NCBI GenBank assembly: GCA_000165345.1
Contig: CM000430.1
Span: forward strand, 224,001 to 288,000
Direction of reading: 5' to 3'
Length of the DNA stretch: 64,000 nt
Positions within the stretch are counted from its first letter, which is position 1. Every line of letters starts with the position of its first letter. The position numbers were made by a program, and so were the translations under genes. Below the pieces are notes generated by a model. It made no database searches, was not told the origin of the DNA, and was given only the letters and a program-made list of their open reading frames with translations. This document shows positions 1-11,220 of the stretch, in pieces.

Positions 1-1115
1 AGATCAGCATTGCCTTTATCCCTTGAAAATCCAACATTTTTCAAGCCCTTGCCCATACCTCTACACAAATCCCACACACCCAGGGCAGCCGCTGCTCTGT
101 AGTTCACAAACTGAGCTCCCTGTATATTTGCCAGCACCTTTGTCCTCGGTCTCTCAGACCTAATAGTGCGGAAAGCTCCTTCACCATCTTTTATAGAACC
201 CTCCTCATCAACCTGGATTTTGCCTTTTTCTTCTATTTTCCTTTGAGTATATGCACTCTTTCTCTTTAGTTGCTCAATCAGAGCCAATAGCATCTCATCA
301 GCTCTCTGAATCGACCTAAAAGATACATTTTTACCACATTGACCTGTTTGAGCCTCCTCTGCAGGAGAAATCAAAAATGCTGGTTGAAAGTATCTTACTG
401 ACGCAACCAAATCGTCAATGCTGACCATTGCCCTTCCACTTTCAGTCTGAACCAGAATTCCATCCGAGCCATTCCAGCATGACACTCCAGGAATCATTGG
501 CTGGCGGAACATCAGGTAATTGACATAGTCCTTGTTGGCTAGTTGAGGTGGGGGTTGTTCCAGCATGTCAAACTTACTTGCATTGTTCCCATATTTAATA
601 CATGAACGATTTCCAGTTCGTTCATCATTTTTCTCTTTTATGGACTCCAACTCTCTCCTTTTGACTCTCTCCAAATCTAGTCCATGTCCTATTAGTAGAT
701 AGTCCACTTCAGGCATCAAAGATGCTAACTCATAATTCTCTGATTGATCCGATTCAATCTTGGGCAAAATACAATGGGGCAGGCCTCCAAAAGTTGGAAC
801 AGTGAATGACGGGGTCGCAATACTGGCTATCCCGAAATTCTCTAGGTTTACAAGACTCGATTTTGATCCAGTTTCTGTTATCTGAATACTCTCAATCAGA
901 TCTGGGTTTTTAGAGGCCGTCTTAATTTCTGAGTGTCTTATCATATCACCATATTTTGAAAGAAAACATTCAGGAATCTCAAGGACTCCTAGTCTGTACC
1001 TTGCACCCCTATTATTATGCATTAAAATTCTAAAATTAACCATTGTATTAGATTTAACTAATTTAACAACTTTGAGGTGTTTTTCCTTATAACTTTTTAA
1101 ATCCCCAAAAGACAT
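1..1115 (-). CDS. Queuine tRNA-ribosyltransferase accessory subunit-like protein (QTRT2/QTRTD1-like), 5' part only; the gene runs off the left edge
   Basis: Manual minus-strand translation from an ATG at 1113-1115 gives a stop-free reading frame to position 1 (MSFGDLKSYKEKHLKVVKLVKSNTMVNFRILMHNNRGARYRLGVLEIPECFLSKYGD...TPSFTVPTFGG...). The early segments RLGVLEIPECFLSKYGD and TPSFTVPTFGG resemble the QTRT2/TGT N-terminus (CRLGKI...DIPGCLLYTKTGS; TPxFMPVGT). The catalytic DSGGFQ motif was not seen, which fits the non-catalytic subunit. It is absent from the ORF track because it has no in-window stop. Confidence 0.45.
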   Translation of the reverse strand, partial: MSFGDLKSYKEKHLKVVKLVKSNTMVNFRILMHNNRGARYRLGVLEIPECFLSKYGDMIRHSEIKTASKNPDLIESIQITETGSKSSLVNLENFGIASIATPSFTVPTFGGLPHCILPKIESDQSENYELASLMPEVDYLLIGHGLDLERVKRRELESIKEKNDERTGNRSCIKYGNNASKFDMLEQPPPQLANKDYVNYLMFRQPMIPGVSCWNGSDGILVQTESGRAMVSIDDLVASVRYFQPAFLISPAEEAQTGQCGKNVSFRSIQRADEMLLALIEQLKRKSAYTQRKIEEKGKIQVDEEGSIKDGEGAFRTIRSERPRTKVLANIQGAQFVNYRAAAALGVWDLCRGMGKGLKNVGFSRDKGNAD

Positions 1116-1295
1116 TTCGCGGGTTTTTAGAACACTGGATAGACACGGATCAATAATTTGCAAATCATAATAAGCACTCTGACAAAAAATTCACTTTGCC
1201 AAGTAATAATAGTATTCATTATGGCTATATTGGAAGTATTATCAGTATCGCAGCAGCGATAGGATCAGTAGAATTTGCCATGTTTGTGGTCCCGG

Positions 1296-1425
1296 TGTAG
1301 TAATGATGTTAGTGATGGAAGTGGTAGTAATAGTAGTAATATTAATAGTAGTAGTAGTAGTGGTAGTAGTGGTAGTAGTGGTGGTAGTAGTAATATTAGT
1401 AGTAGTAATATTAGTAGTAACAATA
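1296..1425. repeat. Imperfect (AGT/GTA)n trinucleotide microsatellite in the spacer between two minus-strand genes
   Basis: Direct reading shows gtagtaatagtagtaatattaatagtagtagtagtagtggtagtagtggtagtagtggtggtagtagtaatattagtagtagtaatattagtagtaac. Both ORF-track translations here (poly-Ser on + and poly-Leu on -) are low-complexity read-through artefacts. Confidence 0.8.
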
Positions 1426-1622
1426 TTGTCAAAACAATAAATTTCTCCTCCTTAGTCTCCGGTATGCATGCAAGACCCAAGTCTAGATATGGTTATGGGA
1501 GGATCCAAATATTCTGTTCCAGAGGCACTGAACTCCAGACCTCATATAACAGGGTCCACAATAACTTTGTCAAACATAATTACACTTCTTTGTTCAAATA
1601 TTAACAAGAGGGCTTCCATCTT

Positions 1623-3542
1623 CTAAACTCTGTGAGAGTTTGAATTGTCATAGATAAGTATATTTTTGAGGAGCATTTGCAAATTTGCAGATTTTTCGGG
1701 AAGATGATTCTGGCTCTCGGCAATCAAATGGCTATTCTCTAACGAGTCTATGGATGGTTGTGGGGCTGATTGAATTCTAAAGAAATCGGAAAATGATAGG
1801 GATGAATTGTTGGTATGGTCAATGTGAGAGCCCTTATTGGAGGTAGAATTTGCATTAGGAACGGCGGTAGTAGTATTAGTAGTAGTAGTAGTAATAGTAT
1901 TAGTGGCGGCGATAGGGTTAATTGGAAAATCTGTGATTCCATTATATGGAGAGTTGATACTGCCATCATTGGGTGGAAGTAAAATAGAGCTTTCATACTT
2001 CTGATTCATCCTAACATGACCAGGCTCAGGTCTATAGCGAGCCTGCTTTATTCCAGACACGTAACTGCAGTGGAGTTGAGTAGTGTTTGGGAAGGAGTTA
2101 ATTGTATTTGAAGCTGGTGAGGGAATAATCGGAGGGTTAACACAGCTGCCATTATTACGAGGAATATTACAGCCGTTCATGAAGGGCATATGATTGATCT
2201 GTAGAGAACTACTCTGTTGAGCAGCACTCTTAGACTTGGCTTCAAACTGCTCCTGATGAAAGTTTCGGTTTCTAGTAGATCCCTCGACAATAGGTCTCAG
2301 GGTAAGCGGAAGAAGTGCATCCTCACCTGCCTTAAGCTGGATTTTAAGAGGTTTTCCAAAGAACTTAATCCCCGCGATAGATCGGATTGCTGCCCATGTA
2401 GAGGGTTTGTTGTCATAGCTAATAAAGCCAAAGCAACGGTTTAGTTTCCCATTATTGTTAGCCGTCGGTAGTCTAATTCCAACAATATGGCCAAATCTCT
2501 GGCACAGCTGCATTAGAGTAACCTCAGTCCAGTCATTGGGTATGCCGTATATGAAAAGGTTGGCGCCTCCTGGACCATCTCTTAGCAGCGTAATAGAGGT
2601 CGGAAGGAAGTGTTTATCATCCTTTGCTTGGCTAACAGATAATGTCGGTTGCATATTGCCGGTGAAAGAATCCCAATATTCACATAAACCATTTTCTCGA
2701 TAGTATTGCATCCATCTTGCCGGAGGTTGATGCATCTTGTGATCTCTTCTGAAGCAGTTCCATGTGCCAAAGAATCCCTTGTTCTTTTCAATTCGGTTAT
2801 AAGATGGTAACCAAATCTCAGTGTCCTGAGGTTGGTACATTATAAGCCTTCGATTGGTTTCCTGGAACTCTGTGATAATTTGTTCTGCCTCTTGTGGATC
2901 ATAGGCAGAGTCAAAACTTGAAGAGAGTACGGATGGTGGAGGAATTGGGGATATGCAAGCCACAAGGCGGTGGAATGGCGCATTTTTGAAGTGCCTTCTT
3001 AGATGAAGGTGTTGGATGACTTTCTGGGCACAACTCCATGTCTTGAATGTTGCATATGCAGTTCTCCATTCCTTGTAACTTGGTTGGTAGTTAAGAGCAA
3101 TCATACGGTGGCAGTTGTCCTCTTCGCTTCGTGTATCAAAAGAAGATAAGATAACTGATTTTAAGTACTCATATGGAACATTCGGAGGAATGTTCCCAAT
3201 AAATACTATCGGATAGAGTAGACCACATGGTACAACTGCTATCGGGTTATCATCAAATATAAAATTGTTTACATATCGGGATTTTAAGTCCTTTGAACTG
3301 TTGTTTATAGGCTCTTCGTTCATATTACCCATAAATGATCCAAATTCATTGAGAGCTAATCCTCCTCCCTTGATAGGGTCCTCCCATCCAATTTCATCAG
3401 CCTTTAAACATGATTCCTGGACTGGCCATCCAATATCTGAGGCAGTTGATTCACTCAAAGTTTGGTATTGTGAAACTAACTCCTCCTCGAAAGATGGCGA
3501 GAAATAGCTCGACAGTCCTTTATTGCCATGGCTCTTATACAT
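1623..3542 (-). CDS. RNA-binding protein with RRM-type domain(s); family uncertain
   Basis: 639 aa from an ATG start. It contains an RRM-like block (NLFIYGIPNDWTEVTLMQLCQRFGHIVGIRLPTANNNGKLNRCFGFISYDNKPSTWAAIRSIAGIKFFGKPLKIQLK) and an earlier RRM-like segment (YPIVFIGNIPPNVPYEYLKSVILSSFD). A poly-Thr/Asn tract (TTTTTNTTTAVPNANSTSN) is encoded by an (AGT)n-type repeat at about 1858-1905. Confidence 0.5.
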   Translation of the reverse strand: MYKSHGNKGLSSYFSPSFEEELVSQYQTLSESTASDIGWPVQESCLKADEIGWEDPIKGGGLALNEFGSFMGNMNEEPINNSSKDLKSRYVNNFIFDDNPIAVVPCGLLYPIVFIGNIPPNVPYEYLKSVILSSFDTRSEEDNCHRMIALNYQPSYKEWRTAYATFKTWSCAQKVIQHLHLRRHFKNAPFHRLVACISPIPPPSVLSSSFDSAYDPQEAEQIITEFQETNRRLIMYQPQDTEIWLPSYNRIEKNKGFFGTWNCFRRDHKMHQPPARWMQYYRENGLCEYWDSFTGNMQPTLSVSQAKDDKHFLPTSITLLRDGPGGANLFIYGIPNDWTEVTLMQLCQRFGHIVGIRLPTANNNGKLNRCFGFISYDNKPSTWAAIRSIAGIKFFGKPLKIQLKAGEDALLPLTLRPIVEGSTRNRNFHQEQFEAKSKSAAQQSSSLQINHMPFMNGCNIPRNNGSCVNPPIIPSPASNTINSFPNTTQLHCSYVSGIKQARYRPEPGHVRMNQKYESSILLPPNDGSINSPYNGITDFPINPIAATNTITTTTTNTTTAVPNANSTSNKGSHIDHTNNSSLSFSDFFRIQSAPQPSIDSLENSHLIAESQNHLPEKSANLQMLLKNILIYDNSNSHRV

Positions 3543-4562
3543 TGTTCTGCATTAATATCGTGCTCCCTTTGTTATTCCAAGCTTCTAGCATGCAAGAGTT
3601 TTATTTGTACACAAATTATTATTTCTGATTTTAAAGAAGACAGCATTTTTTGGCGGCAAGTGTCTCTAGTGGGGTTAATTGCCAAACTTGGCCAAATTTG
3701 GCAATGAATAAAAATATCCTTCCCTCCCCACTTATTTTATTTTTCCGTAATTTTTTTGCTTCATGAATGCATTTAATTTCTCCCAAGTCCGTTGCATATA
3801 GTTTCTCCTACTATCGCCTTTGCTAATGACAGGGTTCTACTTTTTTGCATTTTTTCTTCTATTGACAGATCTAATACAAATCACTGGGATGGAACGATCC
3901 GTAATCAGATCTTTAAGGGGGGAAAATTGGAGAACTAATTCGTCTAATAACGGTTGCTAATACCTAGAATAGAGCTAGAGAGGTCTTATTAGCCTCCAAC
4001 CCAACGGAGTTCTTGGCAGACCTCCTTGTTCTCTCTACGCTAGTCTTTGCTACAAACTATTATTACACTACTCCTTTCTCTGCTCTGTTCTAATGCTAAT
4101 ACCTCTCCAAGATTAACCCTAAAGAGAAAAATAAAGTCGAAAAACTTGGCAGAATTGCGTTTCACCAAACGAACGCAATGAAGACCTAGATAAAAAATGG
4201 GCGCCTATAGATCTATAATTGTGACAAAACATTCCTAATAAACATAATAAAGAAGTCTAGTGACAATACTTACAGATTTGATAAATTGGTCAATTAATGC
4301 GCCTTTCCGTCTGTCTTTAAACTTACTATTACGAATAAGTAATTATCGTTATTAGAGACGAATAATACATATAGTAAAAGAGGCGCGCATTTAGACTTAG
4401 CGAACGGTATTTAGGAAATGTTAAATTAACGGAAAAAACCAAAAAGGCGCGACTAAATGACCAAAACAATTCAAAGCTGAACTTTTACTAGAGTATCGGT
4501 TAGCTATTTCCGATTATTAAAGAACTATAGTCTTGGCCTTCTTTAAAGTAATAAAGCACTAA

Positions 4563-6326
<1,764 letters not shown>

Positions 6327-6697
6327 TATAACCCAAAAGCAACAATCGATGGACAAGGCAAGTCGAAGCCATGGTCCAAAGTGGTAAGCAGACAACCACA
6401 AAGAAATTGGGGGGTCTAAACCAGCTTAATAGAGACAAGGTTCTTGGTTCATGAAAACTATTTATCGGAGGGAACAGAGGAACTGATCATTTGTGCTAAC
6501 AGCTCAGCTATCTTTGTTTTTTCGGCTATTGAGAATGTTCTTCTCAGCCGGTGCTGAAAACATCACGGCTGCAATAGCAATATAATCAGCGTTGCAGTCT
6601 TCAGGTAAAATGAAGACAAGTGATTTTTACGCAGGCCTTACCTTGACGCATTCGAGGTGGAGCGAAGACATATCCGCACGTACCCAGCTACTAAAAG

Positions 6698-6706
6698 TTT
6701 GGCGCC
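6698..6706. promoter_or_regulatory. E2F-like motif TTTGGCGCC
   Basis: Seen in sequence. It is one member of a recurrent GGCGCC-core family in intergenic DNA and lies inside the GC-rich ORF-free island. Confidence 0.3.
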
Positions 6707-7246
6707 TTGCGGTAATGGCGGTAGCGTTGTAACATTGAGAAAATGAAATAAGACAGCATGCAGGAGTGGATCTAACTAGTTCAACATGTTTAGAGGAATA
6801 AGGATGTTGCGCGTATTCTTTCGGTTATATTATCTGTGCGAAAATAACTGAGTGCGCTGTTTTATTGTGGGCAATTACAAGAGTTCATATTGGTCTTTTG
6901 TGGTGCGAATGAGGCTGTCATTCTTTTTGCTTATACGTTTATTCGTCTTTAGTTGTTAGGGACTAGTTGCTGAGTACCAGAATCCAAACTTTAGCATTTA
7001 TTTCTTTGAAGGACTCCCTCAGTATTACGAGTCTTTCCGCCTGTTGCGAAAAAAAAAATCAAACTCAGGCTTCAGTTCCCAGAAGAATTGCGTTTCCGAC
7101 GAGTATATATGGTTTTGTAGATAATTTGAGTATTAGATATTGGCTTTGTTGTGTTAATTTATTATTTAAGATATTTGTTTTTGTTCGGAATTTTTTCACT
7201 TGGACACATGTTGTGGCTCCTTGAGGGATGTGAATTATATACCGGC

Positions 7247-7258
7247 ATTGGGCGCCAA
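7247..7258. promoter_or_regulatory. E2F-like motif ATTGGGCGCCAA, about 190 bp upstream of the Rpn9-like gene
   Basis: Seen in sequence; a palindromic GGCGCC core flanked by TT and AA. Confidence 0.4.
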
Positions 7259-7450
7259 CAGCCTTTTGCATTGAGTGGGAGGGGGGAGAGGGGAAGACTA
7301 AGCTTAACAGACTTTCTTCTTTGGAAGGATCCACCATTGACAAAGAGTGTAAACAAATCATAGATATTCTCAAATAGAGTTTCTTGAGAGAATCTAGTTA
7401 AACAAAAGATTGAGGGAACGTAGAACGGAAAGGCTTGGGAAACAAAAGCA

Positions 7451-8743
7451 ATGATGGAATCTAGGACTCCATTGGAACAGCTAGAAATAGAGCTCAATAA
7501 GAGAGTTGAGCACAAGGAGCAGATTGAACAGTTAAAGTCTTATTTGAAGGAAAAGTTATATTTTCAGTTTTTGGAATCCTCTTTGGAATATATTTCTACT
7601 GATGGTCTCAAGGTTTGCGGAAACGAACTATGCGAATTCTTGGTAAATGCAGTTGAACCACTTAAAAGTAACTTTGATCCTTTGAGGTATGCAGTGTTTG
7701 TTGGGGAGGTTTTATCGAGGAGCCCCATCAGTATCCAAGAAAAGGTGGAGCTTCTCAAAAAAACAATGGGAGATGAGGATTTATATCAAGTAAAAGAAAA
7801 TTACAAGAATGCGAGCTTGACTCAAGAACAAAATATTGCACCAAAACAAGAAATCAAGGGTGATCTATACTTTAGATGCTTGCTAGCATTGGAGTATTCC
7901 AAGTCCAAGGATCTAAGTGTCGATTGTGAGGAAATGCTCGAGTTTTTAACCAAAAAGTTGGAGTTTTATAGGGGACTTGAGGCTGAAATATTAGCTTTAT
8001 ATCATCGTTCATATGCCTCTTATGAGAAAACAATGGGGAGAGTGAGCAGGTTTTACAGACAAACTATACACTACTTATCTTATACTCCTCTCAACAAAAT
8101 ACCTTATAAAGAAAAACCATCTTTGGTTTACGAGCTAATTATGGCTGCAGTCATTTCTGAAGAAATATATAATATGGGTGAGCTTGTTCTTCATCCAATT
8201 GTTCAGGAATTTAGTTCCATAGTTAAAGGAAATAACTCTAATCAGATGATAGATGAACTGACAAAAAAAGAGTTTGCAGAAAACGCATGGATACTTGAAA
8301 TATTAGTTTCATTGCATGAAGGTGATCTTAACTCTTTTATGAATGCTATTACAAAGTATCAAGATAAGGTTAGTAAAACCCCACTTTCCACTCCAGATGC
8401 CAGGGTATGCATTACCAAAAAGACTGCAACTCTAGCACTTATGGACTTAGCCTTTAGGAAGAATAAGAACGAGAGAGTTCTCACTTTTGACGAAATTGCA
8501 AAGCATTGTAGGATTGGAGCAAATGAAATTGAGCTATTAGTCATGAAGGCAATTAATATGAACTTGATAAAAGGTATTATTGACCAGGCTTCTCAGACTG
8601 TAGAAATTAGTTGGGTACACTCTAGAGTATTAGACAAAACAAGAATGAAATTATTAATGGACAAGATTGATAATTGGATCGGTTCCACCACGGATATTGT
8701 TTCCCAACTTGAGAATATTGCTCCTGAGCTTGTGAATTCCTAA
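7451..8743 (+). CDS. 26S proteasome regulatory (lid) subunit Rpn9 / PSMD13
   Basis: 430 aa with a C-terminal PCI domain. The C-terminus IKGIIDQASQTVEISWVHSRVLDKTRMKLLMDKIDNW closely parallels the PSMD13 tail ([37 protein letters not shown]). Confidence 0.7.
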   Translation: MMESRTPLEQLEIELNKRVEHKEQIEQLKSYLKEKLYFQFLESSLEYISTDGLKVCGNELCEFLVNAVEPLKSNFDPLRYAVFVGEVLSRSPISIQEKVELLKKTMGDEDLYQVKENYKNASLTQEQNIAPKQEIKGDLYFRCLLALEYSKSKDLSVDCEEMLEFLTKKLEFYRGLEAEILALYHRSYASYEKTMGRVSRFYRQTIHYLSYTPLNKIPYKEKPSLVYELIMAAVISEEIYNMGELVLHPIVQEFSSIVKGNNSNQMIDELTKKEFAENAWILEILVSLHEGDLNSFMNAITKYQDKVSKTPLSTPDARVCITKKTATLALMDLAFRKNKNERVLTFDEIAKHCRIGANEIELLVMKAINMNLIKGIIDQASQTVEISWVHSRVLDKTRMKLLMDKIDNWIGSTTDIVSQLENIAPELVNS

Positions 8744-9047
8744 TATATGTTTGAATATATACAAGTATAAAGTATTAAACACAATGAAATAGGATCTAAT
8801 TTAGAAATAAAAGAAAATAACTTTAACATTTTAATTCGTATTTTGCTACTTTTTCTAATTGAATCTATTCTATATTTTTGACAGAATAAGTAATTAGGCT
8901 TAGTTTTCTGTGTTTAATAATAAAATTTGCTCTAAGAATAAAATGTGAAAACAGATTCAATGGCAAAATTTAAGACATGAGGAAGTAGTGAACTAGTTGA
9001 ATGTTTTTCTTGATGAAGTGAGAAAAACTCGATGGGTATTTAAAAAA

Positions 9048-9992
9048 TTAAAGAAAGTTTTTGACGGTTTCGTAAGTACCCCAACATAAAGCATATGATG
9101 GAGCAATTAAAAGTGACCTGGCTAAAGCTCCGGAATACATTCCTCTGATACCTTGTTTTCTTAAAGTATCAATAAAAGCTTTTTTAACGCTAGGATAAAC
9201 AACTCTTAACGTTTCTTTTTGGGAAACATGACATGCTTGCGTTTGAAGCTTAGTTTTAATAAGATCGAGAGGGTTAGTAATAAATGCTGCAGTTCCACCA
9301 CTAATTCCAGCAATAACAAAATTGAATGTGTTTTGTTTAAGCAAATCATCCTTATTTTTTCCAAAAAGGGATTTGAGATTCTCATTTAATAATACAAATA
9401 AACCAGTTTGGGGGATATTCATAAACAAAGTTATAGGTAGGGACCTATAAAATGACCGAATTCCCTCCCTTTTGAACATTGTTATAATACAATCAGCCAT
9501 TCCTTTATAAGAACCAACTTGTAATCTTTGCTTAATAACATCAAGAGGGGTGGCAATAATATCATGAGAAATGGTTGATAATCCACCACATATAGCAGGG
9601 GAAACCACTGAATTGAATATACTCGTATTGGCGTCATGTAAAAGACTAGATTTACTTTCAGCTCGTTTTTCTAGTTTCTTAGTAATTTTTGACATCAACC
9701 TCTTAGAAAACTCGTAAGTAGTAAACATAGATGCGTGAGCTGGGACATTGCCAAATACTACAGCAGGAAATCCTCTAAAAAGAGCTCTTGCTCCATTGCT
9801 TCTAATAAATGCAATCATACCTCGATTTCCTGTTAAACCATCAACCTTTCCAGATTGTAGGCATGTCTTAATTGTATCTAGGGGAAAAAAGCAGGAATGC
9901 TCCATAACCCCTGCAATACTACCCGCTAGGGAGTGTTTCCAAAAAGGAATATCTCCTTTCCAGATTTCCCAGTCCTCAATATCTTTCTCCAT
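9048..9992 (-). CDS. Mitochondrial carrier family (SLC25) protein; substrate unknown
   Basis: 314 aa with three tandem repeats each carrying the Px[DE]xx[KR] signature (PLDTIKTCLQ, PLDVIKQRLQ, PLDLIKTKLQ) and six predicted TM helices. Confidence 0.8.
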   Translation of the reverse strand: MEKDIEDWEIWKGDIPFWKHSLAGSIAGVMEHSCFFPLDTIKTCLQSGKVDGLTGNRGMIAFIRSNGARALFRGFPAVVFGNVPAHASMFTTYEFSKRLMSKITKKLEKRAESKSSLLHDANTSIFNSVVSPAICGGLSTISHDIIATPLDVIKQRLQVGSYKGMADCIITMFKREGIRSFYRSLPITLFMNIPQTGLFVLLNENLKSLFGKNKDDLLKQNTFNFVIAGISGGTAAFITNPLDLIKTKLQTQACHVSQKETLRVVYPSVKKAFIDTLRKQGIRGMYSGALARSLLIAPSYALCWGTYETVKNFL

Positions 9993-10027
9993 AACTTTAG
10001 TATCTTTTTTCCTTTAAAATTCAATGT

Positions 10028-10040
10028 TAGGCGCCAATTT
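10028..10040. promoter_or_regulatory. E2F-like motif TAGGCGCCAATTT, about 38 bp upstream of the mitochondrial-carrier ATG
   Basis: Seen in sequence. It lies in the 70-bp gap between the carrier start (9992) and the 3' end of the cyt b5-domain gene (10065). Confidence 0.4.
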
Positions 10041-10064
10041 TAAAAGAAAATTAAGAAAAAATAA

Positions 10065-10795
10065 TTAGTCGATTAAATTTCCCACATAACTAAATTGTAA
10101 AATTCTTTCACAATTAACCCAGTGATGAAAATGACTGCATGCTTTAGAAACATCTTGGCCTGCAAACTGAAGTAAGATTTCTTTACCTAAAGAGAAGAAT
10201 TTGTTTTCACTTGTTCACGTTAAATTTGGTCAAACTTACCTCCAGGGTGGAACTCTAGATATTTTGTAATGTCGTAAACTTTTCCTTGATAAGATATCCA
10301 GCAATCTTTCTCACTGTTGTGAGTTTTTAGTTCTTCTTTAGTAATTGGTCTGCATTGTTTTGGAGCAGAACCTTCCTGATCCTTCATTAACCCCATATAC
10401 CTAGCTTGATTAATCGATGACCTTTTGCCTTCTTTAAGTCCTTTAATTTTAGTCGCACTCTCAGTTATCATTGCCTTATTTGGGTTGCCTTGTTTTACTA
10501 CTCGAATGATATTAAAAGCACAATCTTCGACCAGTTCGTCTAATGTTGTGGCTCTCCAACAAACTTTATCGCCTTCTTCCAAGTATGATACCTCTATTTC
10601 TAATAAGTCATCTCCGCAAAATTTCCCATGAATACGAATAGATTTGTCCAAATAATTTACCAGGTTTTGCTTTGTCTGACCTCCTGGCCAAGTAAGGTTT
10701 AAGTCTTCACTATCTGCAAACTTACAGACTAATAAGCCTGATCTCTTCAAACCCATTCCAGCCATTTGGCTGGGACATACTTGACCCAAAAGCAT
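10065..10795 (-). CDS. Cytochrome b5-like heme-binding domain protein, two exons: join(10795..10240, 10186..10065), intron 10187..10239
   Basis: The ORF-track protein stops right after HPGG (…DITKYLEFHPGG|KFDQI*), inside the conserved cyt b5 motif. On the minus strand HPGG is followed by GTAAGTTTGACC (donor), and 53 bp later by TCTCTTTAG (acceptor). Splicing restores HPGGKEILLQFAGQDVSKACSHFHHWVNCERILQF…*, a textbook cyt b5 core (HPGG-EILL-AGQD-S--F---H). The N-terminal ~130 aa form an uncharacterised domain. Confidence 0.7.
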
Positions 10796-10899
10796 ATACT
10801 AAGTTCTTAAAAGAAGCAAAATTAGAAGACTATTGCACGAAAGAAGTGTAAAAAATTAATTATTTGCCTTTATAGTTAATAAATTGTTCATGCAGAACC

Positions 10900-10913
10900 T
10901 TTTACGCGCAATT
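10900..10913. promoter_or_regulatory. E2F-like variant TTTTACGCGCAATT, about 110 bp upstream of the cyt b5-domain gene
   Basis: Seen in sequence; a CGCGC core variant of the GGCGCC family. Confidence 0.25.
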
Positions 10914-11220
10914 CTCATTTTTAGAAAATTACAATATTTATTTTTTATCAAATTTTAAATCCAAGTTCTAGAGGTATTATAAAAACATAACTTCTTAAAA
11001 ACTACTATTTAATTAATTATGGTATAATTTTCTCTCTTGCTCAATTCTTATTCACTTTAGAATTCATATATTAATCTCATATCTAATATAGACCATTTTT
11101 TTGGCGGTAACTGGCATTCTTGTATAAGCTGATTTTGTTTTTGCATATTTCCAGTTTAATATTTTTGAGTAAAATAGATATTCTTTTATTTTTGATAAAT
11201 TGAAACTTTTTGGAAATGTT

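Noticed and set aside
1265-1604. ORF-track proteins 1275..1604 (+, poly-Ser/Gly/Asn) and 1265..1480 (-, poly-Leu/Ile/Pro)
   Set aside because: Both are translations of the (AGT)n microsatellite in two frames and strands. They are pure low complexity with no flanking coding signal, and lie in the spacer between two well-supported minus-strand genes.
6330-6960. Specific snRNA identities (U1, U5, U6) for the GC-rich island
   Set aside because: Only short partial matches were seen (CUUACCU, CUACUAAAAG). The highly conserved U6 ACAGAGA-box context and the U1 loop and Sm-site order are absent, so I report only a generic ncRNA candidate.
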